Assembly (NCBI RefSeq): GCF_009914755.1
Contig: NC_060948.1
DNA: 64,000 bases
DNA from: the human T2T-CHM13v2.0 reference genome, Homo sapiens
Reading direction: 5' to 3' (one strand)
This document shows positions 28,101 to 43,689 of this stretch, one piece after another. A program made the position numbers and the translations under genes. Numbering within the stretch: the first letter of the stretch is position 1; the number at the start of each line of letters is the position of its first letter. The notes below the pieces were generated by a model. The model saw nothing but the letters and a program-made list of their open reading frames with translations. It did no database searches and was not told the DNA's origin.

Positions 28101-31100
28101 ATGGACTCGAATAGATTGGAAACGGAAAGCAAAGGAATGGAATGGAATAGTATGGAATGGAATGCAAAGGAATGGAGTGGAATAGACTAGAGTGGAATGG
28201 AATGGACTGGAAAGCAATGGACTGGAATGGAACTTTCTTGAATGGACTGGAATCAAACGGAATGGAATGCAATGCAATCAAATGGCATGGAATAAAATAG
28301 AATGAAAGAGAATCAAATGGAATTGAATCGAATGGAATCGAATGGATTGGAAAGGAATAGAATGGAATGGAATGGAATTGACTCAAATGGAATGGACTAG
28401 AATGGAATGGATTCGAATGGAAGGCAAAGGAATGGAATCTATTGGAATGGACTGTAATGGAATGGAATGGAAGGGATTGTAATGGACTCGAATGGAATGG
28501 ACTGCAGTAGAAAGGATTCGAATGGAATGAAAAAGAATTGAATGGAATAGAACAGAATGGAATCAAATCGAATGAAATGGAATGGAATAGAAAGGAATGG
28601 AATGAAATGGAATGGAAAGGATTCGAATGGAATGCAATCGAATGGAATGAAATCGAATGGAATGGAATCGAACGGAATGGAATAAAATGGAAGAAAACTG
28701 GCAAGAAATGGAATCGAAATGAATGGAGTGTTACGGAACGGACTCAAAAGGAATTGAATGTAATAGAATGGAGTGGAGTGGACTCGAATATAATGGACTA
28801 GAATGGAATGAAATCACATGGAATGGGAACGAATGGAATGGAATGGAAAGGAATGGAATCGAATGGAAAGGAATCGAATGGAAGGGAATGAAATTGAATC
28901 AACAGGAATGGAAGGGAGTAGAATAGACGGTAATGGAATGGACTCGAATAGAATGGACACGAATGCTCAAATTGAATGGACTCGAATGGAATGGCAACGA
29001 AAGGAATGTCATCGAATGGAATTGAATCGTTGGAATGAAATCACATAGAATGGAGTGGAATCAAATGGAATTGAATCGAAAGGAAAGGAAGCGAATGGAC
29101 TGAAATGAAATGGAATGGAATTGAATGGAAATTAATGCAATGGAATAGAATGGAACGAAATTTCACGGAATGGAATCAAACTGAATGGAATCAAATCAAT
29201 GGAATATAATCAAATGGAATGGAAAGGAATTGAATGGAGTAGATTGGATTGGATGGGATTGGAATGAAATGTACTGGAAAGGACTCGAATTTCATGAAAC
29301 GGAATGGAATGAATTAGAACGGAATGGACTCGAATGGAATGGAATGTCATGGAATGGCATCAAATGGAATGGAATCGAATGCAATGGAATGCTTTGGAAT
29401 GGAATGGAATGCATTGGAATGGAATGTCCTCTAATGGAATGTATTCGAGTGGAATGGAATCGAATATAATGGAGTCTAATGAAATGGAATTGAAAGGAAT
29501 GGGACCGAATACAATGGAATATACTGGAATGTAATGTAATGAACTCGAATGTAATTGACTGGAATGGAATGTACATGAATGGAATGTAATCGAATGGAAA
29601 GCAATCCAATGGAATAGAATCTAATGCAATAAAATCGACTCAAATAGAGTAGAATGTAATGGAATGGAGTGCAGTGCAATGGAATGGAATGGAATGGAAT
29701 GCAATGGAATGGAATGGAATGGAATGGGATGGAATGGTATGGAATGGATAGTAATGGACTGGAGTGAAATGGACTGGAAAAGAATGGACTCAAATTGAAA
29801 GGGCTCGAAAGGAATGGAGTCAAATGGAATGGTCTGGAATGGAATGAACACGAATGTAATGCAATCCAATAGAATGGAATCGAATGGCATGGAATATAAA
29901 GAAATGGAATCGAAGAGAATGGAAACAAATGGAATGGAATTGAATGGAATGGAATTGAATGGAATGGGAACGAATGGAGTGAAATTGTATGCAGTAGAAG
30001 AGAATAGAATGGAATGCAAGCGAAAGGAAAGGAATGGATTGGAATGGAATGGAATTCATTGGAATGGAAGGGAATGTAGTGTAATGGACAGGCCTGGAAT
30101 AAAGTGGAATGCTACGGTCTCGAATGGAATAAAAATGTATGGAACGGAATGCAATGAAACGGAATCGAATGTCATAGAATGTAATGGAATGCAAAAAAAT
30201 GGACTCCAAAATCATTGACTGGAAAGGCTGGGTGTCGAAAGGAATTGACTCCAATGGAATGGAATCGAATGGAATGGAAGTGAATAGAATCGAACTAAAT
30301 CGAATGGAATGGAATTGATAGGAACGGAATGGAAAGGAATGCAATGATTTGGCATGGAATGGAATCGAATGGCATCGAATGGAATGGAATGGAATGCAAT
30401 GGAATGGAATGTATTAGAATGTAATGAACTTTAATGGAATGTACTCGAATGGATTCGACTGGAATGGAATGTTCTCGAAGTGAATGGACTCCAATGGAAT
30501 GGATTCGAAAGGAATGGAATCTAATGGAATGGAATTAAATGGAAATGAATCAAATTGAATAGAACGGAATTGAATTGAATGGAATCGAATGCAATGGAAT
30601 CTAATGAAACGGAAAGGAAAGGAATGGAATGGATTGGAATGGAATGGGCTGGAATGGAATGGAATCGAAACGAATGGAATGGAATCGAACTGAAGAGACT
30701 GGAATGGAATGCACTGGAATGGAAGGGAATGTAATGGAAGGTTCTCGAAAAAAATGGAATCGAAAGGAATGGAATTGAATGGAACGGAATAGAGTCGAAT
30801 GGAATTGAATGGAATGGAATGGACTAGAGTGAAATGGAATCGAACCACAAGGAATGGACAGGAATAGAATGGTCTCGAATTGAATGGAATCGTATGGAAT
30901 GGCATCAAACGGAATGGAATGGACAGCCACGGAATGGAATGGACACCCACGGAATGGAATGCACTCGAATGCAATGGAGTCGACACTAATGGACTGGAAT
31001 AGAATGGACTCGACTGGTACGGACTCCAATGGAATGGAATCGAATGGAAGGGAATCGAAAGGAATGGACTCGAAGGGAAAAGACTGCAATGGAAAGGTCT

Positions 31101-34100
31101 CGAATGGAATGGAAATTAATGGAATGGAATGGAATCGAATGAAATGGAGTCAAAAGGAATGGAATCGAATGGCAAGAAATCGAATGTAATGGAATCGCAA
31201 GGAATTGATGTGAACGGAACGGAATGGAATGGAATCCAAAGGAATGGAATAGAATGGAATGGAATCGAATGGAAAGGACTCGAATGGAAATCACTCGAAT
31301 AGAATGCAATTTAATAAAATAGGATCAAATGTAATGGAATGGAATGGAAAGGAATCGAAACGAAAGGAATGGAGACAGATGGAATGGAATGGAACAGAGA
31401 GCAATGGTATAGAATGGAATGGAATCATCTGGAATGGAATTGAATGGAATGGAATAATATGAAATGGAATGGAATGGAATGGAATGCCCTTGAATTAAAT
31501 GGACTGGAATGCAATGGACTCGAACAGAGTGGAATGGAAAGTGTTGAAATAGAATGGAATGGACTCGTTTGGAATGGTCTAGTATGCAATGCAATCGACT
31601 GGCAGGGAATCAAAAGGAATGTAATCGAATGGATTGGACTGGAATGCAATGGACTCGAATAGATTGGAAGCGGAAAGCAAAGGAATGGAATGGAATAGTA
31701 TGGAATGGAATGCAAAGGAATGGAGTGGAATAGACTAGAGTGGAATGGAATGGACTCGAAAGCAATGGACTGGAATGGAACTTTCTTGAATGGACTGGAA
31801 TCAAACGGAATGGAATGCAATGCAATCAAATGGCATGGAATAAAATAGAATGAAAGAGAATCAAATGGAATTGAATCGAATGGAATCGAATGGATTGGAA
31901 AGGAATAGAATGGAATGGAATGGAATTGACTCAAATGGAATGGACTAGAATGGAATGGATTCGAATGGAAGGCAAAGGAATGGAATCTATTGGAATGGAC
32001 TGTAATGGAATGGAATGGAAGGGATTGGAATGGACTCGAATGGAATGCGCTGCAATAGAAAGGATTCGAATGGAATGAAAAAGAATTGAATGGAATAGAA
32101 CAGAATGGAATCAAATCGAATGAAATGGAATGGAATAGAAAGGAATGCAATGAAATGGAATGGAAAGGATTCCAATGGAATGCAATCGAATGGAATGAAA
32201 TCGATTGGAATGGAATCGAACGGAATGGAATAAAATGGAAGAAAACTGGCAAGAAATGGAGTCGAAATGAATGGAGTGTTATGGAACGGACTCAAAAGGA
32301 ATTGAATGTAATAGAATGGAGTGGAGTGGACTCGAATATAATGGACTGGAGTGGAATGAAATCACATGGAATGGGAACGAATGGAATGGAATGGAAAGGA
32401 ATGGAATCGAATGGAAAGGAATCGAATGGAAGGGAATGAAATTGAATCAACAGGAATGGAAGGGAGTAGAATCGACGGTAATGGAATGGACTCGAATAGA
32501 ATGGACACGAATGCTCAAATTGAATGGACTCGAATGGAATGGAAACGAAAGGAATGTCATCGAATGGAATTGAATCGATTGGAATGAAATCACATAGAAT
32601 GGAGTGGAATCAAATGGAATTGAATCGAAAGGAAAGGAAGCGAATGGACTGAAATGAAATGGAATGGAATTGAATGGAAATTAATGCAATGGAATAGAAT
32701 GGAACGAAATTTCACGGAATGGAATCAAACTGAATGGAATCAAATCAATGGAATATAATCAAATGGAATGGAAAGGAATTGAATGGAGTAGATTGGATTG
32801 GATGGGATTGGAATGAAATGTACTGGAAAGGACTCGAATTTCATGAAACGGAATGGAATGAATTAGAACGGAATGGACTCGAATGGAATGGAATGTCATG
32901 GAATGGCATCAAATGGAATGGAATCGAATGCGATGGAATGCTATGGAATGGAATGGAATGCATTGGAATGGAATGTCCTCTAATGGAATGGATTCGAGTG
33001 GAATGGAATCGAATATAATGGAGTCTAATGAAATAGAATTGAAAGGAATGGGACCGAATACAATGGAATATACTGGAATGTAATGTAATGAACTCGAATG
33101 TAATTGACTGGAATGGAATGTACGTGAATGGAATGTAATCGAATGGAAAGCAATCCAATGGAATAGAATCTAATGCAATAAAATCGACTCAAATAGAGTA
33201 GAATGTAATGGAATGGAGTGCAGTGCAATGGAATGGAATGGAATGGAATGCAATGGAATGGAATGGAATGGGATGGAATGGTATGGAATGGATAGTAATG
33301 GACTGGAGTGAAATGGACTGGAAAAGAATGGACTCAAATTGAAAGGGCTCGAAAGGAATGGAGTCAAATGGAATGGTCTGGAATGGAATGAACACGAATG
33401 TAATGCAATCCAATAGAATGGAATCGAATGGCATGGAATATAAAGAAATGGAATCGAAGAGAATGGAAACAAATGGAATGGAATTGAATGGAATGGAATT
33501 GAATGGAATGAGAACGAATGGAGTGAAATTGTATGCAGTAGAAGAGAATAGAATGGAATGCAAGCGAAAGGAAAGGAATGGATTGGAATGGAATGGAATT
33601 CATTGGAATGGAAGGGAATGTAGTGTAATGGACAGGCCTGGAATAAAGTGGAATGCTACGGTCTCGAATGGAATAAAAATGTATGGAATGGAATGCAATG
33701 AAACGGAATCGAATGTCATAGAATGTAATGGAATGCAAAAAAATGGAATCCAAAATCATTGACTGGAAAGGCTGGGTGTCGAAAGGAATTGACTCCAATG
33801 GAATGGAATCGAATGGAATGGAAGTGAATAGAATCGAACTAAATCGAATGGAATGGAATTGATAGGAACGGAATGGAAAGGAATGCAATGATTTGGCATG
33901 GAATGGAATCGAATGGCATCGAATGGAATGGAATGGAATGCAATGGAATGGAATGTATTAGAATGTAATGAACTTTAATGGAATGTACTCGAATGGATTC
34001 GACTGGAATGGAATGTTCTCGAAGTGAACGGACTCCAATGGAATGGATTCGAAAGGAATGGAAACTAATGGAATGGAATTAAACGGAAATGAATCAAATA

Positions 34101-36200
34101 GAATAGAACGGAATTGAATTGAATGGAATCGAATGCAATGGAATCTAATGAAACGGAAAGGAATGGAATGGAATGGGCTGGAATGGAATGGAATCGAAAC
34201 GAATGGAATGGAATCGAACTGAAGAGACTGGAATGGAATGCACTGGAATGGAAGGGAATGTAATGGAAGGTTCTCGAAAAAAATGGAATCGAAAGGAATG
34301 GAATTGAATGGAACGGAATAGAGTCGAATGGAATTCAATGGAATGGAATGGACTAGAGTGAAATGGAATCGAACCACAAGGAATGGACAGGAATAGAATG
34401 GTCTCGAATTGAATGGAATCGTATGGAATGGCATCAAACGGAATGGAATGGACAGCCACGGAATGGAATGGACACCCACGGAATGGAATGCACTCGAATG
34501 CAATGGAGTCGACACTAATGGACTGGAATAGAATGGACTCGACTGGTACGGACTCCAATGGAATGGAATCGAATGGAAGGGAATCGAAAGGAATGGACTC
34601 GAAGGGAAAAAACTGCAATGGAAAGGTCTCCAATGGAATGGAAATTAATGGAATGGAATGGAATCGAATGAAATGGAGTCAAAAGGAATGGAATCGAATG
34701 GCAAGAAATCGAATGTAATGGAATCGCAAGGAATTGATGTGAACGGAACGGAATGGAATGGAATCCAAAGGAATGGAATAGAATGGAATGGAATCGAATG
34801 GAAAGGACTCGAATGGAAATCACTCGAATAGAATGCAATTTAATAAAATAGGATCAAATGTAATGGAATGGAATGGAAAGGAATCGAAACGAAAGGAATG
34901 GAGACAGATGGAATGGAATGGAACAGAGAGCAATGGTATAGAATGGAATGGAATCATCTGGAATGGAATTGAATGGAATGGAATAATATGAAATGGAATG
35001 GAATGGAATGGAATGCCCTTGAATTAAATGGACTGGAATGCAATGGACTCGAACAGAGTGGAATGGAAAGTGTTGAAATAGAATGGAATGGACTCGTTTG
35101 GAATGGTCTAGTATGCAATGCAATCGACTGGCAGGGAATCAAAAGGAATGTAATCGAATGGATTGGACTGGAATGCAATGGACTCGAATAGATTGGAAAC
35201 GGAAAGCAAAGGAATGGAATGGAATAGTATGGAATGGAATGCAAAGGAATGGAGTGGAATAGACTAGAGTGGAATGGAATGGACTCGAAAGCAATGGACT
35301 GGAATGGAACTTTCTTGAATGGACTGGAATCAAACGGAATGGAATGCAATGCAATCAAATGGCATGGAATAAAATAGAATGAAAGAGAATCAAATGGAAT
35401 TGAATCGAATGGAATCGAATGGATTGGAAAGGAATAGAATGGAATGGAATGGAATTGACTCAAATGGAATGGACTAGAATGGAATGGATTCGAATGGAAG
35501 GCAAAGGAATGGAATCTATTGGAATGGACTGTAATGGAATGGAATGGAAGGGATTGGAATGGACTCGAATGGAATGGACTGCAGTAGAAAGGATTCGAAT
35601 GGAATGAAAAAGAATTGAATGGAATAGAACAGAATGGAATCAAATCGAATGAAATGGAATGGAATAGAAAGGAATGGAATGAAATGGAATGGAAAGGATT
35701 CGAATGGAATGCAATCGAATGGAATGCAATCGAATGGAATGGAATCGAACGGAATGGAATAAAATGGAAGAAAACTGGCAAGAAATGGAATCGAAATGAA
35801 TGGAGTGTTATGGAACGGACTCAAAAGGAATTGAATGTAATAGAATGGAGTGGAGTGGACTCGAATATAATGGACTGGAATGGAATGAAATCACATGGAA
35901 TGGGAACGAATGGAATGGAATGGAAAGGAATGGAATCGAATGCAAAGGAATCGAATGGAAGGGAATGAAATTGAATCAACAGGAATGGAAGGGAGTAGAA
36001 TAGACGGTAATGGAATGGACTCGAATAGAATGGACACGAATGCTCAAATTGAATGGACTCGAATGGAATGGAAACGAAAGGAATGTCATCGAATGGAATT
36101 GAATCGATTGGAATGAAATCACATAGAATGGAGTGGAATCAAATGGAATTGAATCGAAAGGAAAGGAAGCGAATGGACTGAAATGAAATGGAATGGAATT
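14930..36200 (+). repeat. Tandem duplication of a 3-monomer unit (B'-D-E) with 10,606/10,591 bp period
   Basis: ORF variants recur at +10,606 (15695/26301, 18212/28818, 21665/32271) and +10,591 (22767/33358, 25304/35895). Shared markers: tacccttg (17331/27937) and the 1 bp deletion aatcgttgg (18419/29025). Confidence 0.88.
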
Positions 36201-39200
36201 GAATGGAAATTAATTCAATGGAATAGAATGGAACGAAATTTCACGGAATGGAATCAAACTGAATGGAATCAAATCAATGGAATATAATCAAATGGAATGG
36301 AAAGGAATTGAATGGAGTAGATTGAATTGGATGGGATTGGAATGAAATGTACTGGAAAGGACTCGAATTTCATGAAACGGAATGGAATGAATTAGAACGG
36401 AATGGACTCGAATGGAATGGAATGTCATGGAATGGCATCAAATGGAATGGAATCGAATGCGATGGAATGCTATGGAATGGAATGGAATGCATTGGAATGG
36501 AATGTCCTCTAATGGAATGTATTCGAGTGGAATGGAATCGAATATAATGGAGTCTAATGAAATGGAATTGAAAGGAATGGGACCGAATACAATGGAATAT
36601 ACTGGAATGTAATGTAATGAACTCGAATGTAATTGACTGGAATGGAATGTACATGAATGGAATGTAATCGAATGGAAAGCAATCCAATGGAATAGAATCT
36701 AATGCAATAAAATCGACTCAAATAGAGTAGAATGTAATGGAATGGAGTGCAGTGCAATGGAATGGAATGGAATGGAATGCAATGGAATGGAATGGAATGG
36801 AATGGGATGGAATGGTATGGAATGGATAGTAATGGACTGGAGTGAAATGGACTGGAAAAGAATGGACTCAAATTGAAAGGGCTCGAAAGGAATGGAGTCA
36901 AATGGAATGGTCTGGAATGGAATGAACACGAATGTAATGCAATCCAATAGAATGGAATCGAATGGCATGGAATATAAAGAAATGGAATCGAAGAGAATGG
37001 AAACAAATGGAATGGAATTGAATGGAATGGAATTGAATGGAATGGGAACGAATGGAGTGAAATTGTATGCAGTAGAAGAGAATAGAATGGAATGCAAGCG
37101 AAAGGAAAGGAATGGATTGGAATGGAATGGAATTCATTGGAATGGAAGGGAATGTAGTGTAATGGACAGGCCTGGAATAAAGTGGAATGCTACGGTCTCG
37201 AATGGAATAAAAATGTATGGAACGGAATGCAATGAAACGGAATCGAATGTCATAGAATGTAATGGAATGCAAAAAAATGGACTCCAAAATCATTGACTGG
37301 AAAGGCTGGGTGTCGAAAGGAATTGACTCCAATGGAATGGAATCGAATGGAATGGAAGTGAATAGAATCGAACTAAATCGAATGGAATGGAATTGATAGG
37401 AACGGAATGGAAAGGAATGCAATGATTTGGCATGGAATGGAATCGAATGGCATCGAATGGAATGGAATGGAATGCAATGGAATGGAATGTATTAGAATGT
37501 AATGAACTTTAATGGAATGTACTCGAATGGATTCGACTGGAATGGAATGTTCTCGAAGTGAATGGACTCCAATGGAATGGATTCGAAAGGAATGGAATCT
37601 AATGGAATGGAATTAAATGGAAATGAATCAAATTGAATAGAACGGAATTGAATTGAATGGAATCGAATGCAATGGAATCTAATGAAACGGAAAGGAAAGG
37701 AATGGAATGGATTGGAATGGAATGGGCTGGAATGGAATGGAATCGAAACGAATGGAATGGAATCGAACTGAAGAGACTGGAATGGAATGCACTGGAATGG
37801 AAGGGAATGTAATGGAAGGTTCTCGAAAAAAATGGAATCGAAAGGAATGGAATTGAATGGAACGGAATAGAGTCGAATGGAATTGAATGGAATGGAATGG
37901 ACTAGAGTGAAATGGAATCGAACCACAAGGAATGGACAGGAATAGAATGGTCTCGAATTGAATGGAATCGTATGGAATGGCATCAAACGGAATGGAATGG
38001 ACAGCCACGGAATGGAATGGACACCCACGGAATGGAATGCACTCGAATGCAATGGAGTCGACACTAATGGACTGGAATAGAATGGACTCGACTGGTACGG
38101 ACTCCAATGGAATGGAATCGAATGGAAGGGAATCGAAAGGAATGGACTCGAAGGGAAAAGACTGCAATGGAAAGGTCTCCAATGGAATGGAAATTAATGG
38201 AATGGAATGGAATCGAATGAAATGGAGTCAAAAGGAATGGAATCGAATGGCAAGAAATCGAATGTAATGGAATCGCAAGGAATTGATGTGAACGGAACGG
38301 AATGGAATGGAATCCAAAGGAATGGAATAGAATGGAATGGAATCGAATGGAAAGGACTCGAATGGAAATCACTCGAATAGAATGCAATTTAATAAAATAG
38401 GATCAAATGTAATGGAATGGAATGGAAAGGAATCGAAACGAAAGGAATGGAGACAGATGGAATGGAATGGAACAGAGAGCAATGGTATAGAATGGAATGG
38501 AATCATCTGGAATGGAATTGAATGGAATGGAATAATATGAAATGGAATGGAATGGAATGGAATGCCCTTGAATTAAATGGACTGGAATGCAATGGACTCG
38601 AACAGAGTGGAATGGAATGTGTTGAAATAGAATGGAATGGACTCGTTTGGAATGGTCTAGTATGCAATGCAATCGACTGGCAGGGAATCAAAAGGAATGT
38701 AATCGAATGGATTGGACTGGAATGCAATGGACTCGAATAGATTGGAAGCAGAAAGCAAAGGAATGGAATGGAATAGTATGGAATGGAATGCAAAGGAATG
38801 GAGTGGAATAGACTAGAGTGGAATGGAATGGACTCGAAAGCAATGGACTGGAATGGAACTTTCTTGAATGGACTGGAATCAAACGGAATGGAATGCAATG
38901 CAATCAAATGGCATGGAATAAAATAGAATGAAAGAGAATCAAATGGAATTGAATCGAATGGAATCGAATGGATTGGAAAGGAATAGAATGGAATGGAATG
39001 GAATTGACTCAAATGGAATGGACTAGAATGGAATGGATTCGAATGGAAGGCAAAGGAATGGAATCTATTGGAATGGACTGTAATGGAATGGAATGGAAGG
39101 GATTGGAATGGACTCGAATGGAATGCGCTGCAATAGAAAGGATTCGAATGGAATGAAAAAGAATTGAATGGAATAGAACAGAATGGAATCAAATCGAATG

Positions 39201-42200
39201 AAATGGAATGGAATAGAAAGGAATGGAATGAAATGGAATGGAAAGGATTCGAATGGAATGCAATCGAATGGAATGCAATCGAATGGAATGGAATCGAACG
39301 GAATGGAATAAAATGGAAGAAAACTGGCAAGAAATGGAGTCGAAATGAATGGAGTGTTATGGAACGGACTCAAAAGGAATTGAATGTAATAGAATGGAGT
39401 GGAGTGGACTCGAATATAATGGACTGGAGTGGAATGAAATCACATGGAATGGGAACGAATGGAATGGAATGGAAAGGAATGGAATCGAATGGAAAGGAAT
39501 CGAATGGAAGGGAATGAAATTGAATCAACAGGAATGGAAGGGAGTAGAATAGACGGTAATGGAATGGACTCGAATAGAATGGACACGAATGCTCAAATTG
39601 AATGGACTCGAATGGAATGGAAACGAAAGGAATGTCATCGAATGGAATTGAATCTATTGGAATGAAATCACATAGAATGGAGTGGAATCAAATGGAATTG
39701 AATCGAAAGGAAAGGAAGCGAATGGACTGAAATGAAATGGAATGGAATTGAATGGAAATTAATGCAATGGAATAGAATGGAACGAAATTTCACGGAATGG
39801 AATCAAACTGAATGGAATCAAATCAATGGAATATAATCAAATGGAATGGAAAGGAATTGAATGGAGTAGATTGGATTGGATGGGATTGGAATGAAATGTA
39901 CTGGAAAGGACTCGAATTTCATGAAACGGAATGGAATGAATTAGAACGGAATGGACTCGAATGGAATGGAATGTCATGGAATGGCATCAAATGGAATGGA
40001 ATCGAATGCGATGGAATGCTATGGAATGGAATGGAATGCATTGGAATGGAATGTCCTCTAATGGAATGGATTTGAGTGGAATGGAATCGAATATAATGGA
40101 GTCTAATGAAATAGAATTGAAAGGAATGGGACCGAATACAATGGAATATACTGGAATGTAATGTAATGAACTCGAATGTAATTGACTGGAATGGAATGTA
40201 CATGAATGGAATGTAATCGAATGGAAAGCAATCCAATGGAATAGAATCTAATGCAATAAAATCGACTCAAATAGAGTAGAATGTAATGGAATGGAGTGCA
40301 GTGCAATGGAATGGAATGGAATGGAATGCAATGGAATGGAATGGAATGGAATGGGATGGAATGGTATGGAATGGATAGTAATGGACTGGAGTGAAATGGA
40401 CTGGAAAAGAATGGACTCAAATTGAAAGGGCTCGAAAGGAATGGAGTCAAATGGAATGGTCTGGAATGGAATGAACACGAATGTAATGCAATCCAATAGA
40501 ATGGAATCGAATGGCATGGAATATAAAGAAATGGAATCGAAGAGAATGGAAACAAATGGAATGGAATTGAATGGAATGGAATTGAATGGAATGGGAACGA
40601 ATGGAGTGAAATTGTATGCAGTAGAAGAGAATAGAATGGAATGCAAGCGAAAGGAAAGGAATGGATTGGAATGGAATGGAATTCATTGGAATGGAAGGGA
40701 ATGTAGTGTAATGGACAGGCCTGGAATAAAGTGGAATGCTACGGTCTCGAATGGAATAAAAATGTATGGAACGGAATGCAATGAAACGGAATCGAATGTC
40801 ATAGAATGTAATGGAATGCAAAAAAATGGACTCCAAAATCATTGACTGGAAAGGCTGGGTGTCGAAAGGAATTGACTCCAATGGAATGGAATCGAATGGA
40901 ATGGAAGTGAATAGAATCGAACTAAATCGAATGGAATGGAATTGATAGGAACGGAATGGAAAGGAATGCAATGATTTGGCATGGAATGGAATCGAATGGC
41001 ATCGAATGGAATGGAATGGAATGCAATGGAATGGAATGTATTAGAATGTAATGAACTTTAATGGAATGTACTCGAATGGATTCGACTGGAATGGAATGTT
41101 CTGGAAGTGAATGGACTCCAATGGAATGGATTCGAAAGGAATGGAAACTAATGGAATGGAATTAAACGGAAATGAATCAAATAGAATAGAACGGAATTGA
41201 ATTGAATGGAATCGAATGCAATGGAATCTAATGAAACGGAAAGGAATGGAATGGAATGGGCTGGAATGGAATGGAATCGAAACGAATGGAATGGAATCGA
41301 ACTGAAGAGACTGGAATGGAATGCACTGGAATGGAAGGGAATGTAATGGAAGGTTCTCGAAAAAAATGGAATCGAAAGGAATGGAATTGAATGGAACGGA
41401 ATAGAGTCGAATGGAATTCAATGGAATGGAATGGACTAGAGTGAAATGGAATCGAACCACAAGGAATGGACAGGAATAGAATGGTCTCGAATTGAATGGA
41501 ATCGTATGGAATGGCATCAAACGGAATGGAATGGACAGCCACGGAATGGAATGGACACCCACGGAATGGAATGCACTCGAATGCAATGGAGTCGACACTA
41601 ATGGACTGGAATAGAATGGACTCGACTGGTACGGACTCCAATGGAATGGAATCGAATGGAAGGGAATCGAACGGAATGGACTCGAAGGGAAAAGACTGCA
41701 ATGGAATGGTCTCGAATGGAATGGAAATTAATGGAATGGAATGGAATCGAATGAAATGGAGTCAAAAGGAATGGAATCGAATGGCAAGAAATCGAATGTA
41801 ATGGAATCGCAAGGAATTGATGTGAACGGAACGGAATGGAATGGAATCCAAAGGAATGGAATAGAATGGAATGGAATCGAATGGAAAGGACTCGAATGGA
41901 AATCACTCGAATAGAATGCAATTTAATAAAATAGGATCAAATGTAATGGAATGGAATGGAAAGGAATCGAAACGAAAGGAATGGAGACAGATGGAATGGA
42001 ATGGAACAGAGAGCAATGGTATAGAATGGAATGGAATCATCTGGAATGGAATTGAATGGAATGGAATAATATGAAATGGAATGGAATGGAATGGAATGCC
42101 CTTGAATTAAATGGACTGGAATGCAATGGACTCGAACAGAGTGGAATGGAAAGTGTTGAAATAGAATGGAATGGACTCGTTTGGAATGGTCTAGTATGCA

Positions 42201-43689
42201 ATGCAATCGACTGGCAGGGAATCAAAAGGAATGTAATCGAATGGATTGGACTGGAATGCAATGGACTCGAATAGATTGGAAACGGAAAGCAAAGGAATGG
42301 AATGGAATAGTATGGAATGGAATGCAAAGGAATGGAGTGGAATAGACTAGAGTGGAATGGAATGGACTCGAAAGCAATGGACTGGAATGGAACTTTCTTG
42401 AATGGACTGGAATCAAACGGAATGGAATGCAATGCAATCAAATGGCATGGAATAAAATAGAATGAAAGAGAATCAAATGGAATTGAATCGAATGGAATCG
42501 AATGGATTGGAAAGGAATAGAATGGAATGGAATGGAATTGACTCAAATGGAATGGACTAGAATGGAATGGATTCGAATGGAAGGCAAAGGAATGGAATCT
42601 ATTGGAATGGACTGTAATGGAATGGAATGGAAGGGATTGGAATGGACTCGAATGGAATGGACTGCAGTAGAAAGGATTCGAATGGAATGAAAAAGAATTG
42701 AATGGAATAGAACAGAATGGAATCAAATCGAATGAAATGGAATGGAATAGAAAGGAATGGAATGAAATGGAATGGAAAGGATTCGAATGGAATGCAATCG
42801 AATGGAATGCAATCGAATGGAATGGAATCGAACGGAATGGAATAAAATGGAAGAAAACTGGCAAGAAATGGAATCGAAATGAATGGAGTGTTATGGAACG
42901 GACTCAAAAGGAATTGAATGTAATAGAATGGAGTGGAGTGGACTCGAATATAATGGACTGGAATGGAATGAAATCACATGGAATGGGAACGAATGGAATG
43001 GAATGGAAAGGAATGGAATCGAATGCAAAGGAATCGAATGGAAGGGAATGAAATTGAATCAACAGGAATGGAAGGGAGTAGAATAGACGGTAATGGAATG
43101 GACTCGAATAGAATGGACACGAATGCTCAAATTGAATGGACTCGAATGGAATGGAAACGAAAGGAATGTCATCGAATGGAATTGAATCGATTGGAATGAA
43201 ATCACATAGAATGGAGTGGAATCAAATGGAATTGAATCGAAAGGAAAGGAAGCGAATGGACTGAAATGAAATGGAATGGAATTGAATGGAAAGTAATGCA
43301 ATGGAATAGAATGGAACGAAATTTCACGGAATGGAATCAAACTGAATGGAATCAAATCAATGGAATATAATCAAATGGAATGGAAAGGAATTGAATGGAG
43401 TAGATTGGATTGGATGGGATTGGAATGAAATGTACTGGAAAGGACTCGAAATTCATGAAACGGAATGGAATGAACTGGAACGGAATGGACTCGAATGGAA
43501 TGGAATGTCATGGAATGGCATCAAATGGAATGGAATCGAATGCGATGGAATGCTATGGAATGGAATGGAATGCATTGGAATGGAATGTCCTCTAATGGAA
43601 TGTATTCGAGTGGAATGGAATCGAATATAATGGAGTCTAATGAAATGGAATTGAAAGGAATGGGACCGAATACAATGGAATAAACTGGT

